Part shown: positions 41,970 to 50,991 of the stretch, one piece after another
How positions within the stretch are numbered: the stretch's first letter is position 1
How the letters are laid out: each line of letters opens with the position of its first letter
Origin: a virus
Direction: 5' to 3' (one strand)
Virus record (IMG/VR): IMGVR_UViG_3300027963_000066
Location: 1-64,000 of that record
Length of the DNA: 64,000 nucleotides
The notes under the pieces: generated by a model
Database searches by the model: none
What the model saw: the letters and a program-made list of their open reading frames with translations, nothing else
Told to the model about the DNA's origin: nothing
Made by a program: the position numbers and the translations under genes

Positions 41970-41998
41970 ATTATATATGCAATCACGTTGAAAGTCAA
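41970..41998 (-). promoter_or_regulatory. Sigma70 promoter for the tRNA-like RNA
   Basis: TTGACT-N17-TATAAT, 6 nt before the RNA 5' end. Confidence 0.8.
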
Positions 41999-42546
41999 TA
42001 ACGTTCAGTATCAAAGAAAAAAGTTTGAAACAATCGTCCGTTTTGTAGTCCATCTCCAAAGTAGTCTAGACTAGCATGGAACAGATCTCCTCGGTAAATT
42101 ACCAATCGGTTATATCTGTTTCCAATTTTGTCGACCATATCCCATTTGGTATAATCGTAGGCTTCGTGATTTTCTTCACCTAGCTTCCTACATTCGCCGG
42201 TGGCCTTGTGTCGAAATAACCCTGTTCCTCCGGTGTGCGGTGCATCGGGAGTTAGATAGCATACACCTGCCCACATGTTATGGTGGTCTGCATGTATCCA
42301 GGTTCTATCCATTGCAGTGGCAATTTGAAATGCTCCTGTGTATCCGTCGTGATCATAGCTATTTGTAATTTTACCGGCAAATTGCATATATCTTTCAATT
42401 GCGGCTTTTACATCATCTGTAAAGAAAGATTTTGTTCTAACTCCGGGATAATTTCCTCGAACACTGAACTCTTGTTGCAGGGCAAAGTTTCTAACGGAAT
42501 CCGGATCACCGTAAAAATCATCTATAATAATTAAGTTAACATTCAT
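41995..42546 (-). CDS. 2OG-Fe(II) oxygenase-like protein (DUF6445-like)
   Basis: IIDDFY, YPGVRT, WIHAD, WAGVCYLTP, FHAS, RLFQTFF. Confidence 0.7.
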   Translation of the reverse strand: MNVNLIIIDDFYGDPDSVRNFALQQEFSVRGNYPGVRTKSFFTDDVKAAIERYMQFAGKITNSYDHDGYTGAFQIATAMDRTWIHADHHNMWAGVCYLTPDAPHTGGTGLFRHKATGECRKLGEENHEAYDYTKWDMVDKIGNRYNRLVIYRGDLFHASLDYFGDGLQNGRLFQTFFFDTERY

Positions 42547-43610
42547 TTTAAGTACCAATCTAGGTTAGTTTTAAGTCTTTCGTTGTTGAGGTCCATTTCT
42601 AATGCAATGGTTCCATATTCAACAGCTTTGTCTTTAAGTCCGAGATGCCATGATGACAGGGCGGCTAGGTCATAAGGGCGACTGCCCCATGCTTCTGGAT
42701 CTACTGTATAGACCAATTCTTTTTCTGTAATTGACAGTGCCTGCATAGATGCATAGAAGCACTCATTCCAGAGATTTTTCATCATACAACTATTTGCAAG
42801 CCCAACCCAAGGTTCCCTAAGGTAGGGAGCTTCGAAGGTGGCCTTACGGAAAGCCATTAAGGCATCTAACCCCTTGCCTAACTCGTCGTAGCATTTTCCT
42901 TGTACCCGGCGAGCATAGGCTCTCTCATGTCCCCAGTCTACTCCTGGCATGGCCAGATACTTTTCACAAGCATCAACCGCTTGTTGCCATCGACCATTAA
43001 AACTTAATTCTCGGGCATAATAGAATGCATTTCTCGAGTTGTGGGGATTATCTCGTACATCTGCTTCTAGTAGATCCAGATACTGCCCTCGGCTCTTGGT
43101 AGGATCAGGATGATGTACTACCATTAGCATATCAGTTTGTTCCCACTTATCTTGTACTCGGGGATCTGTGACAATTACTTCGTGACACATATTTTCCCAA
43201 TGGAATCCCGACCTTGCATGGATTTTTTCGTAATAAAAAACTACACCTTCACCCCATTGATATTTGTAGCGAATTCGATTAGTTTCTCCATGCTTCCAGA
43301 GTCTTTCAATTTCTTCGCGCCATCCTGGCATCAATACTTCGTCTAGGTCGAGACTAATACAGATATCAAAATCTTTAGGAACTAGATGAAGAGATGCGTT
43401 TCTTGCAGAATCAAATCTCCAAGGACTCACATAAATTTCATGCACCTGCATGCCGCATTGGCGAGCCAGTTCTACTGTGTTGTCTGTACTACCGGTATCT
43501 GCTAACAGCACAAGGTCTGCATCTTTGCAACTTTCGGCAAATCTTTCGACAAACATTGATTCATTTTTAGATATTGCATATACGCAAATTTTTAATTTTT
43601 TATCTTCCAT
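42543..43610 (-). CDS. GT2 glycosyltransferase with TPR region
   Basis: DTGSTD, FDSARN, LDLDE, HE; TPR-like C-terminus. Confidence 0.85.
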   Translation of the reverse strand: MEDKKLKICVYAISKNESMFVERFAESCKDADLVLLADTGSTDNTVELARQCGMQVHEIYVSPWRFDSARNASLHLVPKDFDICISLDLDEVLMPGWREEIERLWKHGETNRIRYKYQWGEGVVFYYEKIHARSGFHWENMCHEVIVTDPRVQDKWEQTDMLMVVHHPDPTKSRGQYLDLLEADVRDNPHNSRNAFYYARELSFNGRWQQAVDACEKYLAMPGVDWGHERAYARRVQGKCYDELGKGLDALMAFRKATFEAPYLREPWVGLANSCMMKNLWNECFYASMQALSITEKELVYTVDPEAWGSRPYDLAALSSWHLGLKDKAVEYGTIALEMDLNNERLKTNLDWYLK

Positions 43611-43631
43611 GTTGTTATTTAAATTTTATTC

Positions 43632-43706
43632 TGGCCGGCCCTGCAGGAATTGAACCCACATCGCATGGTTCGAAGCCACGTATTCTATCCATTGAACTAA
43701 GGGCCG
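43632..43706 (-). tRNA. tRNA-Arg(UCG)
   Basis: Cloverleaf; anticodon loop CUUCGAA; encoded CCA. Confidence 0.9.
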
Positions 43707-43715
43707 ATAACAATT

Positions 43716-43744
43716 ATTATACGCTGTTAAAATAATTAAGTCAA
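43716..43744 (-). promoter_or_regulatory. Sigma70 promoter for tRNA-Arg(UCG)
   Basis: TTGACT-N17-TATAAT. Confidence 0.75.
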
Positions 43745-43772
43745 AAAAATAGGACTCCGAAGAGTCCTATTT
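43743..43772 (-). terminator. Intrinsic terminator after the TROVE-like gene and element 1
   Basis: AUAGGACUC-UUCG-GAGUCCUAU followed by a U-run. Confidence 0.9.
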
Positions 43773-43773
43773 A

Positions 43774-43929
43774 ACAGGCTAGTTGTCTACTTTGAGTTTA
43801 TATCGGTGTCAATATCGAAACACACCTATCTAGTTTGTCTTCAGCTATAACCTTCAAAGCCCATACAGGCTCCAGTTATAACCAACTCCCTAGCATTCCT
43901 TTAATATTAAAGGTTGCTGAACCTAGCCT
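43774..43929 (-). ncRNA. CAGCAA-stem element 1 (Y-RNA-like candidate)
   Basis: 5' AGGCUAG-G-UUCAGCAA ... CUAGCCU-GU 3', with internal hairpins. Confidence 0.7.
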
Positions 43930-43940
43930 TATAACACTAT

Positions 43941-45332
43941 TTATAGAACGCTGTAGCGATCTACATCAACAGTGGCTAGCATGATACCGTATGGAGTCAT
44001 GTCAGTACCACTTAGGATACCCTTCATAACTGCTGGACTAAACCCGCTAACCAACGCGGTACCGCGCTTGTCGAACTTAACAGGGACATTGTCCCGGCTG
44101 TTCAGGTTCCAGAATACAATGTTTGGAACTTCGTATCCTGCATCCTTGTACTTACGCTTGATCATTTGGTGAGCAGAGTCATCAAAACTTACGCATTGAT
44201 CAAACTGCATATCCGAAAGGATCAGCAAAGTCTTTGGCATGTCACTTGCGTTCACACCGCCCTTGACTGCGATGCGTAGGATTTCGTCAAACGCCGCATG
44301 TAGGTTAGTGTTCATGCCCCAGTCGCTAGAGTTCATTTGTGCCATCTTTTCAGATAGCGAACCCTTAACGACCTGTGCCTTTGGCTTAGCACTGAAAGTC
44401 AAGAATGTATCCTTGAATACACCTGTGTTCTTATCAGCACAGTACAGACCCAACGACAGGGCAATATCGATGCACATTAGGTTAGCGTTTCCGCCAACTG
44501 GGCATGACATCGAACCGCTAACGTCAACCAAAGGCATAACGCTGGCATCGCCAATGTAGTTTGGCAACGATGCCCATTGAGCATCTGCTACCACACTGTC
44601 GCCACCATGACGCAAGGTCTTGATGACATCGTATGGGTAAACCGCACTAGCGTTTACCTTGTCAGTACCTGCAGTCAAACGAGCCTTGTAGGCAGTGTAA
44701 GACGCAGAAGCATTCTTGGCAAATGCCTTGTTGTAACGAGCACTGGCTAGACTTGGCAACTTACCGAATTCGATAGAATCCCAGTCCTTTGCACACATCT
44801 TGCTTTCGACAACATTGGTCAACGCAACCAAACTCTTACGGTAGAACTTTGGAGTCATACCATAGAAGTTACGGATTTCAACCGCGATTGGGCCTTGACG
44901 AGGCATCCATTTGGCACACAGACCGTTGCGTTCACGCAGTGCATCACCGATTAGGGTATAGGCCATGTGTTTGAACTTTTCAGTCTTGAATACCAGCAAG
45001 TCGTCCCAACGGCCGAACTCGCTTACGAAAGGAAGAACTGCTTCCAGAGTTTCTGGATGCAACTTTTCCAGATGTACAAGTACATCACGGAACAGCTGAC
45101 GTTCACCTGCGCCACCACGGACATCACGTGACCAGAACGCAATCTTCATTGCAAGGTCACTGTCTTCCTGGAAAGCCTTTTCGAAGTCTGCGGTCACAGA
45201 CTTACCACGGCTTGCACCAATCTTGTAGAACAAATCTACAAGGGCATTGCCCGAATGGGCCTTTGCCTTCATACCGTTTTCGGTACGAGCTACCTCTGGG
45301 GTAGACTTAACTGCTTCAGCGAAAGTGATCAT
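43941..45332 (-). CDS. TROVE/Ro60-like RNA-binding protein with vWA domain (DUF2828-type)
   Basis: RDVRGGAGER, GRWDDLL, AKWMPR; MIDAS VDVSGSM, NTNL, LSDMQFD, IVFWNL. Confidence 0.8.
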   Translation of the reverse strand: MITFAEAVKSTPEVARTENGMKAKAHSGNALVDLFYKIGASRGKSVTADFEKAFQEDSDLAMKIAFWSRDVRGGAGERQLFRDVLVHLEKLHPETLEAVLPFVSEFGRWDDLLVFKTEKFKHMAYTLIGDALRERNGLCAKWMPRQGPIAVEIRNFYGMTPKFYRKSLVALTNVVESKMCAKDWDSIEFGKLPSLASARYNKAFAKNASASYTAYKARLTAGTDKVNASAVYPYDVIKTLRHGGDSVVADAQWASLPNYIGDASVMPLVDVSGSMSCPVGGNANLMCIDIALSLGLYCADKNTGVFKDTFLTFSAKPKAQVVKGSLSEKMAQMNSSDWGMNTNLHAAFDEILRIAVKGGVNASDMPKTLLILSDMQFDQCVSFDDSAHQMIKRKYKDAGYEVPNIVFWNLNSRDNVPVKFDKRGTALVSGFSPAVMKGILSGTDMTPYGIMLATVDVDRYSVL

Positions 45333-45355
45333 TTCGTTCTCCTTTCTTTAAAATG

Positions 45356-45408
45356 ACAGGATGCTTTTTTTACTATAAGAAAAGTATAAAAATTGCTGTA
45401 AGCATCCT
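45356..45408 (-). ncRNA. CAGCAA-stem element 2, in the 5' UTR of the TROVE-like gene
   Basis: 5' AGGAUGCU-UACAGCAA ... AGCAUCCU-GU 3'. Confidence 0.75.
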
Positions 45409-45437
45409 AAAAACTTTTTGTTTCTTTCTAAGCATTA

Positions 45438-45466
45438 ATTATAGCGTATAAGTCATTGTTTGTCAA
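45438..45466 (-). promoter_or_regulatory. Sigma70 promoter driving element 2, the TROVE-like gene and element 1
   Basis: Perfect TTGACA-N17-TATAAT. Confidence 0.88.
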
Positions 45467-45483
45467 CAACTTTATTAGCCAAA

Positions 45484-46089
45484 TTACATTGTAGGACCGT
45501 TCCCGGACTTAAAACCTACACTACCACCCTCTGCTTCAATGCGAGCAATAACATCTTCAAACAAGATAGGAGCAAAGTCTGGAAGTTGTTCTACGCAAAC
45601 GCAGTGGTATCTAACATCAATCTCATCGCTGTACAAGACTTCTCCAGTACGGGCATCGACACCTCTCGCCTTCATAACTCTGTTGGCGTGTAAGTGTCCG
45701 TGTATATTACAACCAAACCTGCCAAGGCTTGCTTCGTGAACAGGAATATGACTTAAAATAAGTCCATTCATGACATGATACGCTCGTAATTCACGGAAGT
45801 ACTGCCTGTACTCGTCATCACGGAAAATGTCGTGGTTACCACGGATCAAAACCTTGTCACCGTTTAATCGGGCCAATGTCTTTAATGCCTTTCGATTAAT
45901 AACCACATCGCCCAAATGATATATTTTATCTGTAGGCTTAACACGGTCGTTCCAAGCCTTGACCATTGCTTCGTCCATCTCATCTGCGTCATCCCATGGC
46001 CTTAACTTTGTAACACCATCGTTACGTGTGAAGCGGCATACACCTGTGTGACCAAAGTGTGTGTCGCTGACTAAAAATACACTAGGCAT
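45484..46089 (-). CDS. Calcineurin-like metallophosphoesterase
   Basis: SDTHFGH, HLGD, GNHD, SHIP, HGHLH. Confidence 0.9.
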   Translation of the reverse strand: MPSVFLVSDTHFGHTGVCRFTRNDGVTKLRPWDDADEMDEAMVKAWNDRVKPTDKIYHLGDVVINRKALKTLARLNGDKVLIRGNHDIFRDDEYRQYFRELRAYHVMNGLILSHIPVHEASLGRFGCNIHGHLHANRVMKARGVDARTGEVLYSDEIDVRYHCVCVEQLPDFAPILFEDVIARIEAEGGSVGFKSGNGPTM

Positions 46090-46099
46090 ATTCGCCCCC

Positions 46100-47125
46100 T
46101 TAAATAATGTTAACTAACGATTTTACCCACCACAAGTTTTTATCCAATGTGACCTTTGTCTTAGCTTCTATAATTATAGCATCTTTAACAATTTCTGGAT
46201 AATAATTTTTATCAAAAATAATTTCTTTGGCTCTTGCTTGATTACGTATTATTTTGTCTTTAACTTTGTCATTTAGCATCTTAAGCTCACCGATGGGTGT
46301 TTGGCATAGATTCTTAAAATTTTCAATGATCATACCAAACCTTTTTTCCATATCTGGCTCTTGATCAAAACTGTAGTCAAATATTTCGTCGTATAATTCA
46401 AACCCTAGATCTTGAATATGTCTAAAGAATCCGTGTCCAGACGCAGTTAAAAATGGTTTACCCACTAATAATGCCGTGGCAGTTTTTTCTGTTATAAAAA
46501 TATCTTTGTGAACACTTTCACTGATCAGTTGCGCAAATGATTCATGATACTGAGCGGGAATTAAGTGCTGATCAGTGTGACCAGCAAATCCATCAAGATC
46601 TAAAATTTGAGGAACAAAATATTTAAAATCATATGCAGGGTTTGGTTGTGACCACGAAACGTTGGCAAACTGTAGTAGATCATGTTTAGCAACCTGATCG
46701 ATCAGATAACATCTATGCCAATGAGGTTTATGATTAAGATAAACAAAATGTTTTTTAAATTCTAAATCCGTTTTTATTTCTAATCTAGTTTTCTTTCGAA
46801 TGACCAATTCGAAATATGTTTTCTTCAACCAACAAGTTGGCCAGAAATGTATTTCTACATTAGGGTGCGGCGGAGGAGCATCAACACTTGCTATTCCTGA
46901 AGTGATAACAAATAGTTTTTTGTTACTTTCAGTAAGAGCCGTTACAAGCCTATCCCAGTATTTAAAATCTTCATTGACCAATGACCAATATTGATATTCG
47001 TTGTGAGCAAATAAAATTACAGCATCCTTATCAGTAGTTCGGATACGATCCGGAATGGTAAGTTTAAAATCATCGGAATCCCATATATCAAAACACAGGT
47101 ATTTTAATTCTTGTGATAAAATCAT
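46100..47125 (-). CDS. Hypothetical protein (glycosyltransferase-like)
   Basis: HR..L, SES...FITEKT, GFELY..FDYSFD motifs. Confidence 0.55.
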   Translation of the reverse strand: MILSQELKYLCFDIWDSDDFKLTIPDRIRTTDKDAVILFAHNEYQYWSLVNEDFKYWDRLVTALTESNKKLFVITSGIASVDAPPPHPNVEIHFWPTCWLKKTYFELVIRKKTRLEIKTDLEFKKHFVYLNHKPHWHRCYLIDQVAKHDLLQFANVSWSQPNPAYDFKYFVPQILDLDGFAGHTDQHLIPAQYHESFAQLISESVHKDIFITEKTATALLVGKPFLTASGHGFFRHIQDLGFELYDEIFDYSFDQEPDMEKRFGMIIENFKNLCQTPIGELKMLNDKVKDKIIRNQARAKEIIFDKNYYPEIVKDAIIIEAKTKVTLDKNLWWVKSLVNII

Positions 47126-47145
47126 AATGATGCTATATCCTATTT

Positions 47146-47610
47146 TTATACTGCATACCAAATTTCCTTAAACCCTTCTTCTTCTGAAGGCATTTCAAAA
47201 CTTGCCAGCATTCCTTCTATTACAGCATCCGGAATGTCTTTCCCAGGACGGCCGTCCAATCGACGCTTTAATTCAAGCCTTGACGGTGTTTCAAATACCA
47301 CAGCAATATGATCGTAGCCGGGCAACATGTTAAATTTACGCAGACGACTTGTTACGGTAGTACTAGTTTGATCCCAAATAATGTCTCGACCCGCTTCTCG
47401 AGCTTTAACAACATCGCCTGCCATTAGATTAACACATTCTGGCATGACCTCAGTAAAAACTTCACTGTAGGTTTTGCCCATATCTTTGGCAAATTTTTCA
47501 ACATAGACATCGGTGCTGATATAGGCACAGTCGCCTGCCCAATCTTGATTAGCTACCCAGGTACTTTTACCAGAACCAGGCACTCCGACCAATTGATAAC
47601 ATTTAGGCAT
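47146..47610 (-). CDS. P-loop kinase (AAA_33/polynucleotide kinase-like)
   Basis: GVPGSGKST, ISTD, WDQT, R...R lid, EEGF. Confidence 0.8.
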   Translation of the reverse strand: MPKCYQLVGVPGSGKSTWVANQDWAGDCAYISTDVYVEKFAKDMGKTYSEVFTEVMPECVNLMAGDVVKAREAGRDIIWDQTSTTVTSRLRKFNMLPGYDHIAVVFETPSRLELKRRLDGRPGKDIPDAVIEGMLASFEMPSEEEGFKEIWYAV

Positions 47611-47773
47611 TAATGTACCGCTTCCTTAACATTGACTTCGCACTCGATTACCCAATTGTTAAATTCGGTAAACTTGTTTACTTCTACTCCAAGTCCGACT
47701 GCTTCGTTTACAAAATGCTGTAAGAGTACATTGTACAATGCATCGGGCATTGTGTCTTTATCAAATTTAATTT

Positions 47774-48061
47774 TCATTCTTCAACTCCAAAATGTTTTAA
47801 GATATTCTGCTCACAATGAACAGGTATGTACGTTACTGAATCTTGAACCCAATGTCGTTCTGGAGTATGCGGTAGAGTTTTAGCAACCAAAGCACATTCT
47901 CTCACAATCAACTCGGCGAACTTTTCGTTAAACTGTGTATGCCAACCCACGTGGCCATCTTCCCAAATCTTGCCAGGAGTCTTGCTTCTAACAGGTCCAG
48001 TATATGTTTCATTCACATAGTCACCAGCCTGTAGAGCAAGTTGTTTAATTCGTTCGTTCAT
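47774..48061 (-). CDS. Hypothetical protein
   Basis: MNERIKQLA...EKFAELIVREC phage-type pattern. Confidence 0.6.
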   Translation of the reverse strand: MNERIKQLALQAGDYVNETYTGPVRSKTPGKIWEDGHVGWHTQFNEKFAELIVRECALVAKTLPHTPERHWVQDSVTYIPVHCEQNILKHFGVEE

Positions 48062-48252
48062 TACCAATTCTCCACACCAGAAATTTCAGTTTTAAACTCG
48101 CCATCTAGTCCGTTAATGTTAGTATGTACAACTAAACTAGTAACACTACCAATTCCGCTAGAATTATCTTGCAGTAATTCGAAGCTAGTGGCATCTGGAA
48201 ATTTGTCCATAGTCTCTAAAATTTTAACAACTTCTTCTCTACATAAAAACAT
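48061..48252 (-). CDS. Hypothetical protein
   Basis: Coupled ORF. Confidence 0.55.
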   Translation of the reverse strand: MFLCREEVVKILETMDKFPDATSFELLQDNSSGIGSVTSLVVHTNINGLDGEFKTEISGVENW

Positions 48253-48815
48253 TATACATCTCCTTCTAATTTCCTACGCTCCCTGCGTTCCGCGGCCAAC
48301 GTAAAAACCTTTTCGTTGTCATTAGTCCAATCAATTGCTTTTGCAGGCACAATCAAACCAGAGTCGAGCGTCACACCGTTGATGGTGTGAGGCTCGTTCT
48401 CATCATAGGTCCAACCCAAATGCCGCATCATACGATGCTTGACGCACAGATTAGGACTACGGAATACTTCGGTATCATCGAATCCCATCATGACGCCGAC
48501 TTCGCAAACTGCACCACTACGGCATACACCTGCTACACAATGAACGATAACGTTCATGTGATTGTCTAGTGCATGTTGTAACAACTGTGCCAACTTGGCC
48601 GCCTGCTCATGACTACACCGCATTTCTTCGTCTAAGCATTCGTCTTTTTCTTCAATGTCCAAAAATTGGAATTGATGTACTTCTTTGAATTTGTACAGAG
48701 GTGTTGGAAAATCACCAGGAGGATCCACAATTTGGATCAGCATGGCATTCTCGCCCGGGTTGATGTGGAACCCTTTTTTGATGTCACTCAGTGCAACGTT
48801 TTGAATCCATGGCAT
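48252..48815 (-). CDS. Cys-dependent (PTP/dual-specificity-like) phosphatase
   Basis: VHCVAGVCRS (CX5R). Confidence 0.82.
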   Translation of the reverse strand: MPWIQNVALSDIKKGFHINPGENAMLIQIVDPPGDFPTPLYKFKEVHQFQFLDIEEKDECLDEEMRCSHEQAAKLAQLLQHALDNHMNVIVHCVAGVCRSGAVCEVGVMMGFDDTEVFRSPNLCVKHRMMRHLGWTYDENEPHTINGVTLDSGLIVPAKAIDWTNDNEKVFTLAAERRERRKLEGDV

Positions 48816-48835
48816 ATCTTTTCTCCTTATGCACT

Positions 48836-48864
48836 ATTATACTAGGTTTTTTACCAGAAGTCAA
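48836..48864 (-). promoter_or_regulatory. Sigma70 promoter
   Basis: TTGACT-N17-TATAAT. Confidence 0.75.
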
Positions 48865-49454
48865 CTAATTAGACTGTTGTTTCTAAACAAAAAATTGTTT
48901 CTAGCTGTTTGATATTGTTCAACATCTAGTTCCCAAACAGTTTGATCGGTATAAAAAAGTTTTACCTTTTCCTCTAGGCATTTTACAATGCCCTGTCGTT
49001 CTAACAATTTAAACGTCCTATGGCTCTTATTCATACTGGGAATGTCTGGGTTATCCCAATTAGTTGTTACTACAAATTTAGTATACCCTACTTCTTTTGC
49101 CCAATCGATTTCTTTTGGTACATGATGTAAGAACGTTATGCTGTTCATGTGTGTTTTGGAAACCACATTTAAAAAGTTTTGATATTCTGGTATAGTGGCA
49201 CCTCTAAATAATATCCTATAAACTTTTTCTCCAATTTCTGGCAATGGGTGGCATCCACTTACGGAAACAACTTGATCGTCGGCATAGGTTAAGAAAAATT
49301 GGCCACCTAGATCTAAACACCAATCTAATTTTAGTGCCTCGGCGCTGGCATTGTTTTTAAAGCCATGGGATGAGCATTTTTTAAAATATTGTTCAAGATC
49401 ACACCGCAGTTGATCTCTATACTTAACAGTGGTTAGCCTTTCTGTGGGTTCCAT
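48861..49454 (-). CDS. Hypothetical protein (GNAT-like possible)
   Basis: ORF coupled to AMP-binding gene. Confidence 0.5.
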   Translation of the reverse strand: MEPTERLTTVKYRDQLRCDLEQYFKKCSSHGFKNNASAEALKLDWCLDLGGQFFLTYADDQVVSVSGCHPLPEIGEKVYRILFRGATIPEYQNFLNVVSKTHMNSITFLHHVPKEIDWAKEVGYTKFVVTTNWDNPDIPSMNKSHRTFKLLERQGIVKCLEEKVKLFYTDQTVWELDVEQYQTARNNFLFRNNSLIS

Positions 49455-50170
49455 AGATCTACCTCTTTATTGGTTCGTCCAACATAATATAAAATATCGT
49501 TTTGTACAACAACTTGATCCTGGGTAGGGTACCATCCTTCATAAATGCAGATGTCTCCCTTGACCAGTAATTCATCATTGACTATCTTGTAGTGGCAATG
49601 TTTGTTTCTTCCCATGATAGTAGTATCGGCAGGTGCAGATTCTTTTAGATAATATACTTCATCAAGATCTTCAAATGTAATATTAATAGCAATAGGGCCT
49701 ACTTCACTCATGCCCCAATTGACCATAAATTTTGCTCCCTTGGCAACAAATGCTTCTATGATATCCCAGGTCACCGGATCAGCACCGCAGGTAATAAAAA
49801 TTCCACTGAGGTCTAACTCTTGAAACCCCTTGGTTAACATAATAGCCTTGGCATGTTTGGGGGTAATGTGAGTGTGCGTGTAATTTTTAATGTCACGTAC
49901 AAAATCATATGCTGAAAAATTTACAACATCGACATGTGCTCCTACGGCCAATGCAGGCAAAGTCTGTGCCAATAGTCCACCAGCATGGGTAGTTTTGCAA
50001 CAGGTATAAACTCTACTCTTTGGCCGTATGCCTTGCGCCACAGCCGCCACACGACTGCTAATGGCCAATTTGTCAGGGTTTTGAAAATAAGGTTTTGGCT
50101 CTCCGCTGGTACCACTACTATAAATGGTAATACCTTTTTCGAGAATATCTTTAAAATTAATCTGCATCAT
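49433..50170 (-). CDS. Truncated AMP-binding (adenylate-forming) enzyme
   Basis: YSSGTSGEPK, WGMSE, GR motifs. Confidence 0.75.
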   Translation of the reverse strand: MMQINFKDILEKGITIYSSGTSGEPKPYFQNPDKLAISSRVAAVAQGIRPKSRVYTCCKTTHAGGLLAQTLPALAVGAHVDVVNFSAYDFVRDIKNYTHTHITPKHAKAIMLTKGFQELDLSGIFITCGADPVTWDIIEAFVAKGAKFMVNWGMSEVGPIAINITFEDLDEVYYLKESAPADTTIMGRNKHCHYKIVNDELLVKGDICIYEGWYPTQDQVVVQNDILYYVGRTNKEVDLWNPQKG

Positions 50171-50208
50171 ATAATTATAACATCTTTAAATTGGTCAATA
50201 AATACCCC

Positions 50209-50991
50209 ATGCCACAATATTTTGACTCAAATCGTTACCTTTTCATACTGGCCAACGAGGGTGCCGGAGGCCATAGGTTAGGTAGGATCATCAGCTGTCT
50301 TGACAATGTACATTGGTACTCGGATCCGGCAAACGGCCTGAATCCTTGGGATGTGTTTAACACCGACGGGGTGGCAGGGAAGAATATAAGCCCTTACCAT
50401 TATGATCGACTAGTTGACGGAAAGCATGTTCCATTATTAGGAGAACGCATTGAAAAATGGTGGGACGCATCTGACATTAGCCAATTCTATAATCACACTT
50501 GGGCTAAGATAATTGCCCAGGAAAATTTTCAAACAATTTTAGAAACCAAATATCTGCATTGGATCCTGCATGATACTCCCGAGGTGTTGCATCGCAGATT
50601 TACACAGGCTAAATTTATTGCACTAATAGATGACGATATTGAATCAGTTGTTGATAGGTACATGGAAACCACTGCAAAATTTCCTGTTGATTTAAAATTG
50701 CCCGATGTAAGGCCTCAGTATCTCAATCGTCATGCCAAGTTAATCAAAGCATTGACCACATTGTATAAAAAACCTACAGAACAAGATCTGTGGAAAATTT
50801 ACAATCAAAACTCTAAAGACACCTATCGAACTGCTATTGAAAAACGGCTGACTGCTAATAATAAACTTAGGGCCGAGTATAATTCAGACAGATACTTAAA
50901 GGTGTCTTGGAATTCTTTTGATGCTGACCAAATCTTTAAATTCTTAGATTCAGATGACCTAGACAGTCACTGGATTAATTTAATGAAATAG
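50209..50991 (+). CDS. Hypothetical protein (sulfotransferase-like P-loop possible)
   Basis: EGAGGHRL; TAAATA-N4-ATG. Confidence 0.55.
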   Translation: MPQYFDSNRYLFILANEGAGGHRLGRIISCLDNVHWYSDPANGLNPWDVFNTDGVAGKNISPYHYDRLVDGKHVPLLGERIEKWWDASDISQFYNHTWAKIIAQENFQTILETKYLHWILHDTPEVLHRRFTQAKFIALIDDDIESVVDRYMETTAKFPVDLKLPDVRPQYLNRHAKLIKALTTLYKKPTEQDLWKIYNQNSKDTYRTAIEKRLTANNKLRAEYNSDRYLKVSWNSFDADQIFKFLDSDDLDSHWINLMK

